Counted from the first letter of the stretch, positions 21,081 through 31,967 are shown. The stretch: 64,000 nucleotides of DNA from an uncultured Planctomycetaceae bacterium (GCA_963813715.1 CAWFAK010000012.1:384001-448000), one strand, 5' to 3'. Notes: a model not told the origin generated them from the sequence alone. Made by a program: numbers and translations.

Positions 21081-23174
21081 TCAGGGTGCCGGTCGGGTCG
21101 AGTCCTCCCCAGGTGGGTTGGGTCGGTTCGCCTCGCGGACGGCCAGCACGGGGATCTGCACGGCGTGCCGGACGGTTCCCGCCGTCTCGCCAAATAGCCA
21201 ATCCCCGATTTTGCCGTGTCCGTGGCTTCCCAGCACCAACAGATCGATCTTCTCGTCGGTGACTGTCCGGCTCAGCTCTCGGGCCGGATGGCCAAAACGC
21301 AAAACGCCGCGGGCAGAGGCCCCCGACTGGCGCAACGTCCGGGCCAGCTGCTCGAGGTAGGCCTGGTCGCCTTGCCGCTCCAGGTCGCGCGACTCGCTGC
21401 CATGCAGCTGGCCGCCGACCCCGTCCACAACGTGAATCAGGATCAGCTCGGCCTGATGATGGCGGGCCAACGCGGCCGCATGTTCCAGAGCGATGCGATC
21501 GCTGGGACTGTGATCCAAGGCCACGCCGATCCGTCGATAAATCGGCTCCGAGATGTGGGCCGCTACGTCGCGAGCCGTCGTGCGGCCCGCCGATTCCGCC
21601 GTCTGGGCCACGCGGTATCCAATCACCCACGGTCGGACGATCAGCCAGGCGAGCAACAGACTGACGGCAAACGCCACCGGCACGACCGCAAGCTCGATCC
21701 AAATGCCCCGCGATCCGGCCGAAACAATCCAATCGCGGATCGCGCTGGTCAAGAGTGCGGCGTTGAGGGCAATGATGATGGCCGTCGTGATCCAGCCCAA
21801 CACCTGCACCCAGCGCGGGTTCGCGAACTCGCCCATCCGCGCACGCTCTCGAGTGAAGTGCAACAGCGGCACGACCGCGAATGGCAGCTGCAGGCTGAGG
21901 ATGACCTGGCTCAAGACGAGCAGGTTGGTCATTTGATTGGCGCCGAAGACAACGACGGTGATCACCGCCGGCAGGATGGCCAACAGCCGCGTCACCAATC
22001 GCCGCGTCCAAGGGCGCATGCGAAGATTGACAAAACCCTCCATCACCACCTGACCGGCGAGGGTGCCGGTCATTGTGGAACTTTGCCCGGCCGCCAGGAG
22101 CCCGATGGCAAAGGCGATGGGGGCCAAGCGCGTCCCCAGCACGCGATGTAACAGTTCGTGGGCGTCCTGCAGCTGGATTTCCCCCTTCGCTGACCACAGC
22201 TCGGGGTGCCGATAAAACGCGGCCGCCGCAGTAATCAAAATGGCCGCATTCACCAGGAAGGCCAGATTCAGCGCCACAACCGAATCGATCAGGTTGTAGC
22301 GGCAGGCCTGGCGGAATCCCTCGCGCGATTCGTGGATCCGCCGCGTCTGCACGAGCGCTGAGTGGAGATACAGATTGTGCGGCATCACCGTGGCGCCCAG
22401 GATGCCGATCGCCACGTAAAGCGCCTGCGGGCTGCTGAAGACGAACGGAGGCGACGATTGCAAATAAGGAATGAACCCGCCGAACACGGCTTTCCATTCC
22501 GGCTTGGCCAAGGCCAGCTCGAGCAGAAAGCACGCGCCGATCGTGCCCACCAGCATCACGATGAACGCTTCGGTCTTACGAATACCCAGTCGCTGAATGG
22601 CCAGGAACACAAAAGTGTCGAAGGCCGTGATGATCAGGCCGATGAGCGGCGCGATGCCGAAGAGCAGGTTCAGCCCAATCACGGTGCCGATGACCTCGGC
22701 CAGGTCGCATGCCGCGATGGCAATCTCGCACAGGATCCAGAGCGTGAACGCGAGCGGACGGGAATACGACTCGCCGCACGCCTGCGCCAGGTCGCGCCCC
22801 GAAACGATTCCCAAGCGGGCCGCCAGCGTTTGCAGCAGGATGGCCATCGCGTTCGACATCAACAGGATCCACACCAGCTCGTAGCTGAAGCGGGCTCCAC
22901 CCTCGATGTCGGTGGCCCAGTTGCCCGGGTCCATGTAACCGACGCTGATCAGATACGCCGGTCCCAAAAACGCGAAGAGCCGCTTCGCGAATCCCGGATA
23001 GCTGACCGGGACCGAGTTGTGGACGTCGTCGAGCGAGCGCGACTTAGGAACAGGCGTCCCGACGGCACGGCTCGGGGGAACGGTCGTCTGACGCGCGACG
23101 TCGTCGCCGGGCGTGTCGTCCGGCGAAAGCGCAGCATCGCCCGAGGAGGTCGAGTGCGAGACGGGCTCGTCCAT
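21081..23174 (-). CDS. mntH: Nramp divalent metal (Mn2+/Fe2+) transporter fused to a C-terminal universal stress protein domain
   Basis: YMDPGNW, MPHNLYLHS, GQSSTMTGT, SQVILS; C-terminal IGVALD...LIHVV...LLVLGSHGHG...GET...V...IPVL (USP). Confidence 0.93.
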   Translation of the reverse strand: MDEPVSHSTSSGDAALSPDDTPGDDVARQTTVPPSRAVGTPVPKSRSLDDVHNSVPVSYPGFAKRLFAFLGPAYLISVGYMDPGNWATDIEGGARFSYELVWILLMSNAMAILLQTLAARLGIVSGRDLAQACGESYSRPLAFTLWILCEIAIAACDLAEVIGTVIGLNLLFGIAPLIGLIITAFDTFVFLAIQRLGIRKTEAFIVMLVGTIGACFLLELALAKPEWKAVFGGFIPYLQSSPPFVFSSPQALYVAIGILGATVMPHNLYLHSALVQTRRIHESREGFRQACRYNLIDSVVALNLAFLVNAAILITAAAAFYRHPELWSAKGEIQLQDAHELLHRVLGTRLAPIAFAIGLLAAGQSSTMTGTLAGQVVMEGFVNLRMRPWTRRLVTRLLAILPAVITVVVFGANQMTNLLVLSQVILSLQLPFAVVPLLHFTRERARMGEFANPRWVQVLGWITTAIIIALNAALLTSAIRDWIVSAGSRGIWIELAVVPVAFAVSLLLAWLIVRPWVIGYRVAQTAESAGRTTARDVAAHISEPIYRRIGVALDHSPSDRIALEHAAALARHHQAELILIHVVDGVGGQLHGSESRDLERQGDQAYLEQLARTLRQSGASARGVLRFGHPARELSRTVTDEKIDLLVLGSHGHGKIGDWLFGETAGTVRHAVQIPVLAVREANRPNPPGEDSTRPAP

Positions 23175-23397
23175 GGTTACTCCGCGACCGCCAGATGCCG
23201 CATTCGGTCGTCTCTCCGGACTTCCCCGGACGATCCCCGGTCCAGGCGGTCACAGCACGGAAGAAAAACCTAAGATTAAGTTTAGCGGATCTGTCAAACC
23301 GGCGGTCGTTTGGGCAAGGCTGATCTCTACGTGAACAAGCTGGCTCCCAGACGGCCAGCTTTAGCGAACACGGTCCTTCCACGGTCTACGGTCGGTC

Positions 23398-23413
23398 GGG
23401 TACTGTGTTTGCA
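23398..23413 (+). promoter_or_regulatory. sigma54 -24/-12 promoter
   Basis: GGGTACTGTGTTTGCA (GG-N10-GC with TTGCA), 70-90 bp upstream of DUF1614-ftsH. Confidence 0.6.
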
Positions 23414-23485
23414 GCCTGAACCGGCCCCCCGTCGGGTAGCCGTCCCGAACGCCGCAGCCGACCTTCGTTTCCGGAGCCCCCGTCC

Positions 23486-24169
23486 ATGCACCCCTCGCAT
23501 ATGCATTATTTTCCGGTTACGGCTCCGTTCGTTCTGCTGTTGTTCCTCGTCTTTGGGGTGATCCTGGCCCTCGTCCAGCTGGGAATCATCGAATATGCGT
23601 ACTCCAAGATAGGCATCCAGCCGCGCTGGATTTTTCTGTTTTTGATCCTGTCCCTGCTGGGGAGCTACGTAAACATTCCCGTAGCGGAGGTGCCGGCCAA
23701 GCACCTCGTCGAGAACGACACTGTCAGCGATTATGGAATTCAATACGTGGTGCCGGACGTGCGGGAGCTGCCGCGAACGATTATCGCCGTCAACGTGGGG
23801 GGCGCCCTGATTCCGGCCGCTTTGTCGATTTACCTGCTGATCAAGAATCGGCTGTTCGTGCAGGGGCTGATTGCCGTGGCCGTCGTCACGGTGGTCGTGA
23901 ATCGGCTCGCGCACCCGGTGCCGGGCGTCGGCATCGCGCTCACGCCGATCATTCCTCCGCTGTTGGCGGCGGGCGTGTCGCTGCTCTTGTCGCGAAACGC
24001 GGCCCCGGCGCTGGCCTACATCGCCGGCAGCTTGGGAACGCTGATCGGCGCCGACCTGCTCAATCTGGGGATTGTGGGCCAGCTCCAAGCGCCGGTGCTT
24101 TCGATCGGCGGGGCCGGGACTTTTGACGGCGTGTTTCTCACCGGCATCCTCGCCGTCCTGCTCGCCTGA
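23486..24169 (+). CDS. DUF1614 membrane protein
   Basis: GSYVNIPV, IAVNVGGALIP, PVPGVGI, GTLIGADLLNL, SIGGAGTFDGVFL. Start may be 23501. Confidence 0.88.
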   Translation: MHPSHMHYFPVTAPFVLLLFLVFGVILALVQLGIIEYAYSKIGIQPRWIFLFLILSLLGSYVNIPVAEVPAKHLVENDTVSDYGIQYVVPDVRELPRTIIAVNVGGALIPAALSIYLLIKNRLFVQGLIAVAVVTVVVNRLAHPVPGVGIALTPIIPPLLAAGVSLLLSRNAAPALAYIAGSLGTLIGADLLNLGIVGQLQAPVLSIGGAGTFDGVFLTGILAVLLA

Positions 24170-24181
24170 TTGGAACCCTCG

Positions 24182-26380
24182 ATGGACGAACCGCAACTGC
24201 TGCCGCCCAAGCCTCCGCAAAAGGATCCCAAGGGCAAGCCGAGCCGCCCCAGCCTGCCGCCGCAGTGGCGGAGCATTATCTGGTACATCCCGCTGGCGCT
24301 GTTCATGCTCTGGTTCTGGCAGGACATGCTGACGAGCATGCGGGTCAAAACCATTCCGTACAGCGAGTTCAAAGAGTATCTCGCCAACAACGAGGTGACC
24401 GAGGCCGAGGTCAAGCAGGACGAAATCGACGGCAAGATCGTCCCCAAGACTCCCGCAGAAAAGCAGGCGCCCGCCGAAAAGTCACCAAGCGAAAAATCCG
24501 CGGCAAAGCCGGCCGCTGCCGAAAAAAACAAACCAGCTCCCGCGCCCGCGAAGCCTGCCGCCAAAGAAGCAAGCACGAATTTGACGGCAAAATCAGAGGT
24601 GGCAAAGCCAGAAGCTGCAAAACCCGCAGCCGAAAAGCAGTCGTCGGCCACTGCTGAGAAGACGGCACCGACGCCCGCGACCGACGGCGACTCTGCTGAG
24701 AACGAAAAGACCGCTCCCGAAGGGCCGTTTCTCTTTCGCACGATCCGCGTCGAGGATCCGAAGCTCGTCGACGAGTTGGTGGAGCATCACGTCCAGTTCG
24801 TCGGCACTCGCCCCAGCATCTTGTCGACCTTTCTGTTCGCCTGGATTCTGCCCATCTTGTTCTTCGCCGGGATCTATTACTTCCTCACGCGGCGGATGGG
24901 TTCGATGGGCCAGACGGTGATGAGCATCGGCAAGAGCAAGGCGAAGCTGATCGGCGACAAGGACACGGGCATCAGTTTCAACGACGTGGCCGGCTGCGAC
25001 GAAGCCAAGTACGAGCTGCAGGAAGTGGTCGACTTCCTCAAAAACCCGTCGCGTTACCAGGCGCTCGGGGCGAAGATCCCCAAGGGGATCCTCCTCGTCG
25101 GTCCGCCCGGAACCGGGAAAACTCTGTTGGCCCGCGCCGTCGCCGGCGAAGCCCACGTCCCGTTCTTTTCCATCAGCGGCAGCGACTTTGTGGAGATGTT
25201 CGTCGGCGTGGGGGCCTCCCGCGTGCGCGACCTGTTCGAGCAGGCCAAGAAGAACGCCCCCTGCATCATCTTCATTGACGAGATCGACGCGATCGGCGGC
25301 CAGCGCAGCGTCCACGTCGGCCTCGTCAACGATGAGCGCGAGCAGACTCTCAACCAACTGCTGTCCGAGATGGACGGTTTCGAGGCAAACGTCGGCGTGC
25401 TGATTTTGGGCGCCACCAATCGGCCCGACATCCTCGATCGGGCCCTATTGCGCCCCGGCCGTTTTGACCGGCAGGTCGTCGTCGACTCGCCCGACATCGA
25501 CGGCCGCGAGGCGATCCTCAAGGTTCACTCCCGCGACAAACGGCTGGCCGCGGACGTCAATCTGCGCCGCATCGCCCAGTCGACGGCCGGCTTTTCCGGG
25601 GCCGACCTGGCCAACGCGCTCAACGAGGCGGCCCTGCTGGCCGCCCGCCGCGGCGGCTCGTCGATCAACCAAAAGGACCTCGAAGACGCGGTGGAAAAGG
25701 TCGTCGCGGGGCCGGAACGCAAGAGCCGACGGCTCGATCCTGAGCAAAAGCGCCGCGTCGCCTTCCACGAAGTGGGTCATGCGCTCGTCGCTGCCTTCAG
25801 CGAGCATGCCGACCCCGTCCACAAGATCAGCGTAGTGCCGCGCGGCCGCGCCGCGCTCGGTTATACGTTGCAGCTGCCTCTCGAAGAGCAATTCCTGATG
25901 ACGCGGGCCGAGCTGTTCGACCGCATCAAGGGAATGCTGGGGGGCCGGGCCGCCGAGGAAGAGGCTTTCGACGAAATCAGCACGGGGGCCGAGAACGATC
26001 TCGATCGTGCGACGGCTCTCGCGCGTCAAATGGTCTGCATGTACGGCATGAGCGAACGAGTCGGCCTGATGCACGTCGCCGGCCGCCAGGATGGATTCCT
26101 GCCGACGGTCCCCGGAACTCTGCCACAGCGCGACTGTAGCGAGGAAACGGCTCGGCTCATCGATGTCGAGGTGAAGAAACTGCTCGACGACGCGCATCAA
26201 TCGGCACAGAGGATTCTCCGCGAACACCGCGACCAACTGGACCTCGTCGCGAACGAGCTGCTTAAGCGGGAGACTCTCGATGGGGCGGCGTTCAACGCGT
26301 TGCTCGGTCTGCCGGCCCCCGTGGATCGGCCGATTCGCGCCCCGGAGCCGATCGACTCGCCGGCTCCCATCTCGACCTGA
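24182..26380 (+). CDS. ftsH: ATP-dependent zinc metalloprotease FtsH with a P/A/K/E-rich periplasmic insert
   Basis: 2 [63 protein letters not shown]. Confidence 0.97.
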   Translation: MDEPQLLPPKPPQKDPKGKPSRPSLPPQWRSIIWYIPLALFMLWFWQDMLTSMRVKTIPYSEFKEYLANNEVTEAEVKQDEIDGKIVPKTPAEKQAPAEKSPSEKSAAKPAAAEKNKPAPAPAKPAAKEASTNLTAKSEVAKPEAAKPAAEKQSSATAEKTAPTPATDGDSAENEKTAPEGPFLFRTIRVEDPKLVDELVEHHVQFVGTRPSILSTFLFAWILPILFFAGIYYFLTRRMGSMGQTVMSIGKSKAKLIGDKDTGISFNDVAGCDEAKYELQEVVDFLKNPSRYQALGAKIPKGILLVGPPGTGKTLLARAVAGEAHVPFFSISGSDFVEMFVGVGASRVRDLFEQAKKNAPCIIFIDEIDAIGGQRSVHVGLVNDEREQTLNQLLSEMDGFEANVGVLILGATNRPDILDRALLRPGRFDRQVVVDSPDIDGREAILKVHSRDKRLAADVNLRRIAQSTAGFSGADLANALNEAALLAARRGGSSINQKDLEDAVEKVVAGPERKSRRLDPEQKRRVAFHEVGHALVAAFSEHADPVHKISVVPRGRAALGYTLQLPLEEQFLMTRAELFDRIKGMLGGRAAEEEAFDEISTGAENDLDRATALARQMVCMYGMSERVGLMHVAGRQDGFLPTVPGTLPQRDCSEETARLIDVEVKKLLDDAHQSAQRILREHRDQLDLVANELLKRETLDGAAFNALLGLPAPVDRPIRAPEPIDSPAPIST

Positions 26381-26452
26381 AATTGCGCAGCGGCTGCGAA
26401 CAACCCGCGATTCTCCCCGGAATTCTGCCGGCAAAACATTTCGCCGCCATGC

Positions 26453-26468
26453 TGGCACGCCATATGCA
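26453..26468 (+). promoter_or_regulatory. sigma54 -24/-12 promoter
   Basis: TGGCACGCCATATGCA, about 125 bp upstream of the DUF1328 gene. Confidence 0.7.
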
Positions 26469-26591
26469 TTGGCTAGTTGCCGTCAGTCGAACAACTTGCA
26501 TTCAGTTCGCTCGCCGATGCCAAAAGGCAGCCTCCACTTAGAGGAGGGGGCTGGCACGTGAGCCGAGAATCCGCCGAAAGGGAGACCTCCA

Positions 26592-26765
26592 ATGTTGTCG
26601 CTCGCATTGACCTTTCTGATCATCGCCCTGGTTGCCGGCTTGCTCGGTTTCACAGGCGTGTATGTGGCTGCGGCCGGGATCGCGAAGATTCTGTTCGTGG
26701 TCTTCCTCGTGCTGTTCGTCATCAGCTTGGCTGCTGGCGGGATGGCGCGACGGGACCTTCCGTAA
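26592..26765 (+). CDS. DUF1328 (YtjA-like) small membrane protein, 57 aa
   Basis: Not in the ORF track: [57 protein letters not shown], with RBS GGGAG upstream. Confidence 0.92.
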   Translation: MLSLALTFLIIALVAGLLGFTGVYVAAAGIAKILFVVFLVLFVISLAAGGMARRDLP

Positions 26766-26829
26766 AGACCGCGCAGGCTCGAGCCAGGGCTCCGGGTTTC
26801 TCGGCAGCCTAGGACCGACCGGCGCGTTG

Positions 26830-26866
26830 AAAGCCCTTGCCGTTGCAAAACGGCGAGGGTTTTTTT
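26830..26866 (+). terminator. Rho-independent terminator
   Basis: aagcccttgccgtt-gcaa-aacggcgagggtt followed by a T run. Confidence 0.85.
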
Positions 26867-26979
26867 GTTGGCGCGGCTTAGTCTAGTCGGAAGGGATTCG
26901 TCGAGGGGAGGAATGTGGGAGACGGACCGCCACCCCGGTGCTGGGCGGGAAGAAGCTGGATGCAAGCAGGATTCGGCAA

Positions 26980-27477
26980 TCAGTCCCCCAGCCCCGTGTC
27001 GCGATCGAACGCTTCTTCGATCCACGTGCGAATGGCCGTCTCTTGCCGGCGGACGTTCATCACAAATCGCAGCCCTTCTTCGAGCAGCTTTTGCTGCTGA
27101 TCCATGGCCTGCTTTTCATCCGCGCCCGCGCGGGCCGCGTTGGCCTCCAGCTCTGCAAACTGGTGCTCCAGCGAACGGCACCACTCCCGGTTCTTGCAGT
27201 CCTCTTCGCGGAGCCCGGTGACTCTCGCTAGCAGTTCAGAATTCTCCTGCTCGATTTCCTCGAACTGCTCTGGATGTACGTGCTCGATGTGCTCGAGGAT
27301 CTGGTGCGTCGTTTCCGCGAAGGTCTTCCGCAGCGTGGACGCCCACGTGCGCAATTCACCCGGCACGGGCGGCGTGTCGAGAGCCGTCTCCAGTCGCCGC
27401 AAAGGGTCGGTCAGCGGCTCCTTGAACTCTTTGAGCTTGTTCCCTTTGGTGTTCGGTTTGTCTGTCACGGCGATCAT
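26980..27477 (-). CDS. Hypothetical helical protein (possibly a hemerythrin-like bundle)
   Basis: 165 aa charged helical ORF with an HIEHVH motif; coding-like codon usage. Confidence 0.7.
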   Translation of the reverse strand: MIAVTDKPNTKGNKLKEFKEPLTDPLRRLETALDTPPVPGELRTWASTLRKTFAETTHQILEHIEHVHPEQFEEIEQENSELLARVTGLREEDCKNREWCRSLEHQFAELEANAARAGADEKQAMDQQQKLLEEGLRFVMNVRRQETAIRTWIEEAFDRDTGLGD

Positions 27478-27554
27478 GCCTTTCGAGTCGAGCCCGCGCG
27501 ATGCACGCGGGCGGGAAATTTTCTGACCAGTGGTCTGTGCACAGCTTAAGATGG

Positions 27555-27570
27555 TGCAAGGGGCGCGCCC
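27555..27570 (-). promoter_or_regulatory. sigma54 -24/-12 promoter
   Basis: Minus strand GGGCGCGCCCCTTGCA, about 80 bp upstream of the gene starting at 27477. Confidence 0.55.
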
Positions 27571-27613
27571 GAACCGGCCGGAGCTCAGGTTTGGACACTC
27601 GGCGTCTGGGCAC

Positions 27614-29680
27614 TCAGCCTTTGGACTCTGTCTTGACCCAAGCTCTCAAAACTTCGGCCACGCTCCAGGCTTGCGCCACGCAGCCGCGCGGGAGAAACGG
27701 TGCTTTCGCGTCGCAGACTTCGCTGATCGAGCCGATACATGCCGCGTGCAGATGAGGCTCGAAGGCCGCGAGAAAGCCGCGGGCCGTTTTGAAATCGCCC
27801 GGATGGACGCGAAGCCACGCGTCGACGAAGGGACCGATCAGCCACGGCCAGACCGTTCCCTGGTGATAGGCGGCGTCACGAGCCCGCAGGTCGCCGTCGT
27901 ACCGCGATTTGTAATCGGGTTCTTCCGGCCCCAGGCTGCGGAGGCCATACGGCGTCAACAGCTGCTTGTGCACCGTCTGCAGCACGGCCGGCCAGCGCGA
28001 CGAATCGAGCACTGGGTAATCGAGCGAGATGGCAAACAGCTGATTGGGCCGCAGCGACGGATCGTCCCCCGATTCGCCGTCGACGATGTCGTACAGAAAT
28101 CCCCGCGACTCGTTCCAAAACCGCGCGTTGAACGAACGCAGCGTCGTTTCGGCACGCTTGGCCACGGTTTGGGCTGCTGCGAGATCGCCCGTCTCGCGGC
28201 ACCAGTTTTCCAGGATTCGCAGCGCGTTGTACCAGAGGGCGTTGATCTCCACCGCCTTGCCCCGGCGAGGCGTGACCACCCAGTCGCCGACTTTGGCATC
28301 CATCCAGGTCAGCGGCAGGGTGGGATGTCCCTGCGACAACAGCCCGTCGGCCGGATCGACGTGAATGCCGAACCGCGTGCCGGCGACGTGATGGGCCACG
28401 ATGTCGTGAAACATCGGCAACAACAGCCGCAGCGTATGCTCGTCGCGAGTGGCCTCAAGGTAGCGCTGCACGGAGTGGAAATACCAAAGCGTGGCGTCGG
28501 CTGTGTGGTAGAGCCCCTCGCGCTGTCCTTCCGGAAACAGGTTCGGCACCAGCCCGTCCCGTACGTAGCGGGCGAACGTGCGGAGGATGTACCCGGCTTC
28601 CGTTTGTCGACCGGTCGTCAGTGCCAGCCCCTCGAGGCTGATCATCGTGTCGCGGCCCCAATCGGTGAACCAGTGGTAGCCGGCGATCACGCTGCGGATT
28701 TCGTCGCCCGCGGCCTGGGCTTGCGCCGCATCGGCCATGCGGTTCGAGGGGCAGATGATGAACTGATCGGCGGCCAGCACCAACTCGCCGGCCGTGCCGC
28801 TCCGCGCTTCGGGCCGTGCGTGATTGAGTAACCGCGTGCGGCGTTCGAGTTCGGCCGTGCGGGCCGCGGCCGGCTCGGCCGCCAAGAGCGTGTCCCAGGG
28901 CTCGGTCGAGGCAATCAAACAGGCTTCGTCTCCCGCAGTCAAAACGGCGTGGAAAAATCCGGGACTCCACAGACTGCCCGCGAAGGCATAGCCCCGCGCC
29001 TTCTCCAGTCGATACGTCAAATGCCGCAAATGTCCGCCGTCCAACAATAAGCCGGCCTCCGGCGCGACGATCCGCAAACGCAGCGGCGGGGCGGTGTGCG
29101 AGGCGATCTCGAAGCGGTTGCCCACCGCGCTCACCACGTAGGGTCCCTTCATTTCCGAGTCGACCGCATCGTCGTGTCCGCGAAAATGCAGCGAGGGCCG
29201 CATCCGCAGCCGAGCCTGACCGGGTCCTTCCAACAAGCGATACGAGATGAAGGCCGTGTTCTGCAGATGGGGCATCAGGACCCGTTTTTCGAGGCGGTAG
29301 GCTCCCACCTGATATCGCCAGACGGGCAGCCCCGCTTCGAGCTGGAACTCGCCCAGCCAGGCCTCGTCCGCCTCCGATTCCTCGGGAAGCTCTTCGCGAT
29401 CGAGCTCGCCCACGTGCCCATCGGGAAGCACGATCTCGACCGAGAGATGATTGAGCATCATCAGTCGTCCGAGAGGAACGGGCAGCGCGGCAATCAACAG
29501 TCCGTGATATCGCCGCGTGCAGGCGCCGGAGATCGTGCCGGAGGCGTAGCCCCCCAATCCATTGGTCACCAGCCACTCGTCGCCGAGGGGCTGCGGCCGC
29601 GGTCCGGGAGACAGCGATAACTCGGTTGGCGAACGTTCGAGATTCAACGCTCGAGTCGATTGTTCGATTGCTTGCGCCAT
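27614..29680 (-). CDS. Amylo-alpha-1,6-glucosidase (GDE_N + GDE_C glycogen debranching enzyme)
   Basis: EWLVTNGLGGYASGT, RRYHGLL, IAGYHWFTDWGRDTMI, LTWMDAK, GKAVEINALWYNAL, RPNQ, YHQGTVWPWL, AQAWS. Confidence 0.93.
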   Translation of the reverse strand: MAQAIEQSTRALNLERSPTELSLSPGPRPQPLGDEWLVTNGLGGYASGTISGACTRRYHGLLIAALPVPLGRLMMLNHLSVEIVLPDGHVGELDREELPEESEADEAWLGEFQLEAGLPVWRYQVGAYRLEKRVLMPHLQNTAFISYRLLEGPGQARLRMRPSLHFRGHDDAVDSEMKGPYVVSAVGNRFEIASHTAPPLRLRIVAPEAGLLLDGGHLRHLTYRLEKARGYAFAGSLWSPGFFHAVLTAGDEACLIASTEPWDTLLAAEPAAARTAELERRTRLLNHARPEARSGTAGELVLAADQFIICPSNRMADAAQAQAAGDEIRSVIAGYHWFTDWGRDTMISLEGLALTTGRQTEAGYILRTFARYVRDGLVPNLFPEGQREGLYHTADATLWYFHSVQRYLEATRDEHTLRLLLPMFHDIVAHHVAGTRFGIHVDPADGLLSQGHPTLPLTWMDAKVGDWVVTPRRGKAVEINALWYNALRILENWCRETGDLAAAQTVAKRAETTLRSFNARFWNESRGFLYDIVDGESGDDPSLRPNQLFAISLDYPVLDSSRWPAVLQTVHKQLLTPYGLRSLGPEEPDYKSRYDGDLRARDAAYHQGTVWPWLIGPFVDAWLRVHPGDFKTARGFLAAFEPHLHAACIGSISEVCDAKAPFLPRGCVAQAWSVAEVLRAWVKTESKG

Positions 29681-29727
29681 GGTCGTTTCCCAGCAAAGTA
29701 AGCTTCCCGGCAAAACTTCGCGCAACG

Positions 29728-31734
29728 TTAGGCCGGGAGTTCGTGACTCGTCAGTTCCTGTTTGGTTCGGTCGGTCCCGGCGGCGAGGACGACGGCCGAC
29801 TCGGCCGCAATCTGCCAACCGTGGTCGGTTTCGACGGTCGGAGTGCCGCGTCCGCCGTAGCGCACGCTTTCACTGCTCCAGATCAGATCCCAGGCCCGGC
29901 CGGCAGGCGGAGCCAATAAAGGCTGCGGACAGGGCCAGTAATGGAGCTGGCGTCCGAAATTCACGATCACCAGCCGATCCGAGTTGGCCGCGCCCCGCTC
30001 ATCGAAGTAACGGACGGCCAGGCAGTCGGCCCCGAGAGCGGCCGCCTCCATCAGGTCGGCGCGCTGTCGGGCGAAGATCGGATCATCCCGACGCAGCTTC
30101 AGCAGGTCGCGGTGCAGCGCGAGCCATGCGGAATGCTTTTCGCGTTCGCTCCAATCGAGTTGGCTGCGCTCGAAAGTATCGATGCTGGCCGGATCAGGAA
30201 GCGAGTGCCGCGCCTCCTCGGTGTCGAGCGACGGAAACTGCGAGAGAAACTTGGCGCGGCCCATCGCCACCGCCTGCGCGTCCTCATGGGAGAAGTCGGC
30301 GAAATACAGAAACGGCGTGGACGCGCAAAACTCCTGGCCTTGAAAGATCATGGGCGTCTGTGGCGACAGCAGCCACAGAGCCGTCATCGCCCGCAGCCGG
30401 GCGGGGCTGGTTAATTCGTGAATTCGCCGGCCCGGTCCGGTGTTGGCGATCTGGTCGTGATTCTGCAGGAAGTGGATGAAGGACGTCGCCGGCAAGCCGC
30501 GGGTCGGCGTGCCCCGCCGCTTGTTTTGGTGGCGCGACATCTGCCCCTGGAACAGGTAGCCGCCGAGCAGAGCCGAACGCAATTCGTCGACGCTCCCCGC
30601 GTAGTCCTCGTAGTAGGCTTCGGTGAGGCCCGTGAGCCGCACGCGGGCCGTGTGATGAAAATCGTCGTTGCACGATGCGTCCAGGCCGTGTCCCCCCTCT
30701 TCGACCGGCTGCAAGAGGCGGACGTCTTGCGGCTCATTCTCCGCGAGCAAAATCAGGCTTCGTTCGCCGGCGGCCCGGCGGGCCTCCTGCTGCATCTGGC
30801 TAAGGATGTGAACACTGGAGGCGTCGAAGATCGATTGCGTCGCATCGAAGCGAAATCCATCAAGGTGGAACTCTTCGATCCAGCAGCGGACGTTGGCGAG
30901 GAAGAACTCGCGGACGGGGCCCGACCGCTCGCCATCAAAATTGATGGGGGAGCCCCAATCGTTCGCGTACCGATGCGAGTTGTAGTCGTCGGAAAATTCA
31001 CTCACCGTGCAATCGACGGTGCCGAAGTGGTTGTAGACCACGTCCAGAACCACACCCAATCCAAGGGCGTGCGCCCGGTCGACGAACCGGCGGAAGTCGT
31101 CCGGCTGTCCATAATGACGGGTGGGGGCAAACAGGCAGACGCCGTCGTAGCTCCAGCCGAAATTGCCGGGAAAGTCGGCAATCGGCATCAGTTCGACGAC
31201 CGTGATTCCCAGATCGACCAGGTCGGGCAATCGCTTTTGCGCCGCCTGCCAGTTCCCCTCGGGCGTGAACGTTCCCAGGTGCATCTCGTAGATCACCTGG
31301 CCTTCGATTGTCAGCCCTTTCCACGCCTCGTCGGTCCAGCGGAACTCGTCCGCGTCGATGATCTGCGAAGGTCCGGTCGGCCCGAGCGGCTGAAAACGCG
31401 AGGCCGGATCGGGAAGCACACGCGGACCGCCGTCCAGGCAGAATCCGTAGTACATCCCGGCGGTGGCCTCGGGCACCAGCGCGGAAAAATATCCGGTTTC
31501 TTCGTCCTCGCGCGACAGCGCTTGGCGAAGTTGAGGTTCCCCGTCCTGCCAATCAGACTGCGGCAACTCGCGCCAGAGCAGCAGCTCAACGGAGTGCCGT
31601 TTGGGGGCCCAGACTCGAAAGCTGACCCCCCTGCCGCGGACGATCTCCGGGCCAATGGGCCATGTGCGGTTGAGCGGGCGTGCCGGGAAGTCGGCGGCAG
31701 CCTTGCCTGGCAATTCCAATTGGGGACGATTCAA
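29728..31734 (-). CDS. treZ: Malto-oligosyltrehalose trehalohydrolase (GH13)
   Basis: FRVWAP, PDPASRFQP.G, YEMHLGTFT, W.YDG, DVVYNH, GFRFDA, AENE, QNHDQIAN, FQGQEF. Confidence 0.9.
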   Translation of the reverse strand: MNRPQLELPGKAAADFPARPLNRTWPIGPEIVRGRGVSFRVWAPKRHSVELLLWRELPQSDWQDGEPQLRQALSREDEETGYFSALVPEATAGMYYGFCLDGGPRVLPDPASRFQPLGPTGPSQIIDADEFRWTDEAWKGLTIEGQVIYEMHLGTFTPEGNWQAAQKRLPDLVDLGITVVELMPIADFPGNFGWSYDGVCLFAPTRHYGQPDDFRRFVDRAHALGLGVVLDVVYNHFGTVDCTVSEFSDDYNSHRYANDWGSPINFDGERSGPVREFFLANVRCWIEEFHLDGFRFDATQSIFDASSVHILSQMQQEARRAAGERSLILLAENEPQDVRLLQPVEEGGHGLDASCNDDFHHTARVRLTGLTEAYYEDYAGSVDELRSALLGGYLFQGQMSRHQNKRRGTPTRGLPATSFIHFLQNHDQIANTGPGRRIHELTSPARLRAMTALWLLSPQTPMIFQGQEFCASTPFLYFADFSHEDAQAVAMGRAKFLSQFPSLDTEEARHSLPDPASIDTFERSQLDWSEREKHSAWLALHRDLLKLRRDDPIFARQRADLMEAAALGADCLAVRYFDERGAANSDRLVIVNFGRQLHYWPCPQPLLAPPAGRAWDLIWSSESVRYGGRGTPTVETDHGWQIAAESAVVLAAGTDRTKQELTSHELPA

Positions 31735-31815
31735 AACGACGCCACTTTCGGACAGGGACTCGTGAGACGGTCGAGCGCGCGTCGTCTCGGTCCAAATTTC
31801 GGGCCAGCACGAAAA

Positions 31816-31831
31816 TGCACGAATCGTGCCA
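31816..31831 (-). promoter_or_regulatory. sigma54 -24/-12 promoter for treZ-GDE
   Basis: Minus strand TGGCACGATTCGTGCA, about 83 bp upstream of treZ. Confidence 0.7.
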
Positions 31832-31951
31832 AGGAACCCGGCCCGAGAAATCGCGAGCAGTCGCGCAGGCAGTCGGCGCGGCCTGTTCGTTTTGTCTTTT
31901 TTGCAGGTTCGATCGCAACCATGATGAACCGGCGCGGCTCATCTGGTCGCG

Positions 31952-31967
31952 CGGAATGCCGTTTGCT
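31952..31967 (+). promoter_or_regulatory. sigma54 -24/-12 promoter for glgX
   Basis: CGGAATGCCGTTTGCT, about 85 bp upstream of the glgX ATG. Confidence 0.55.
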
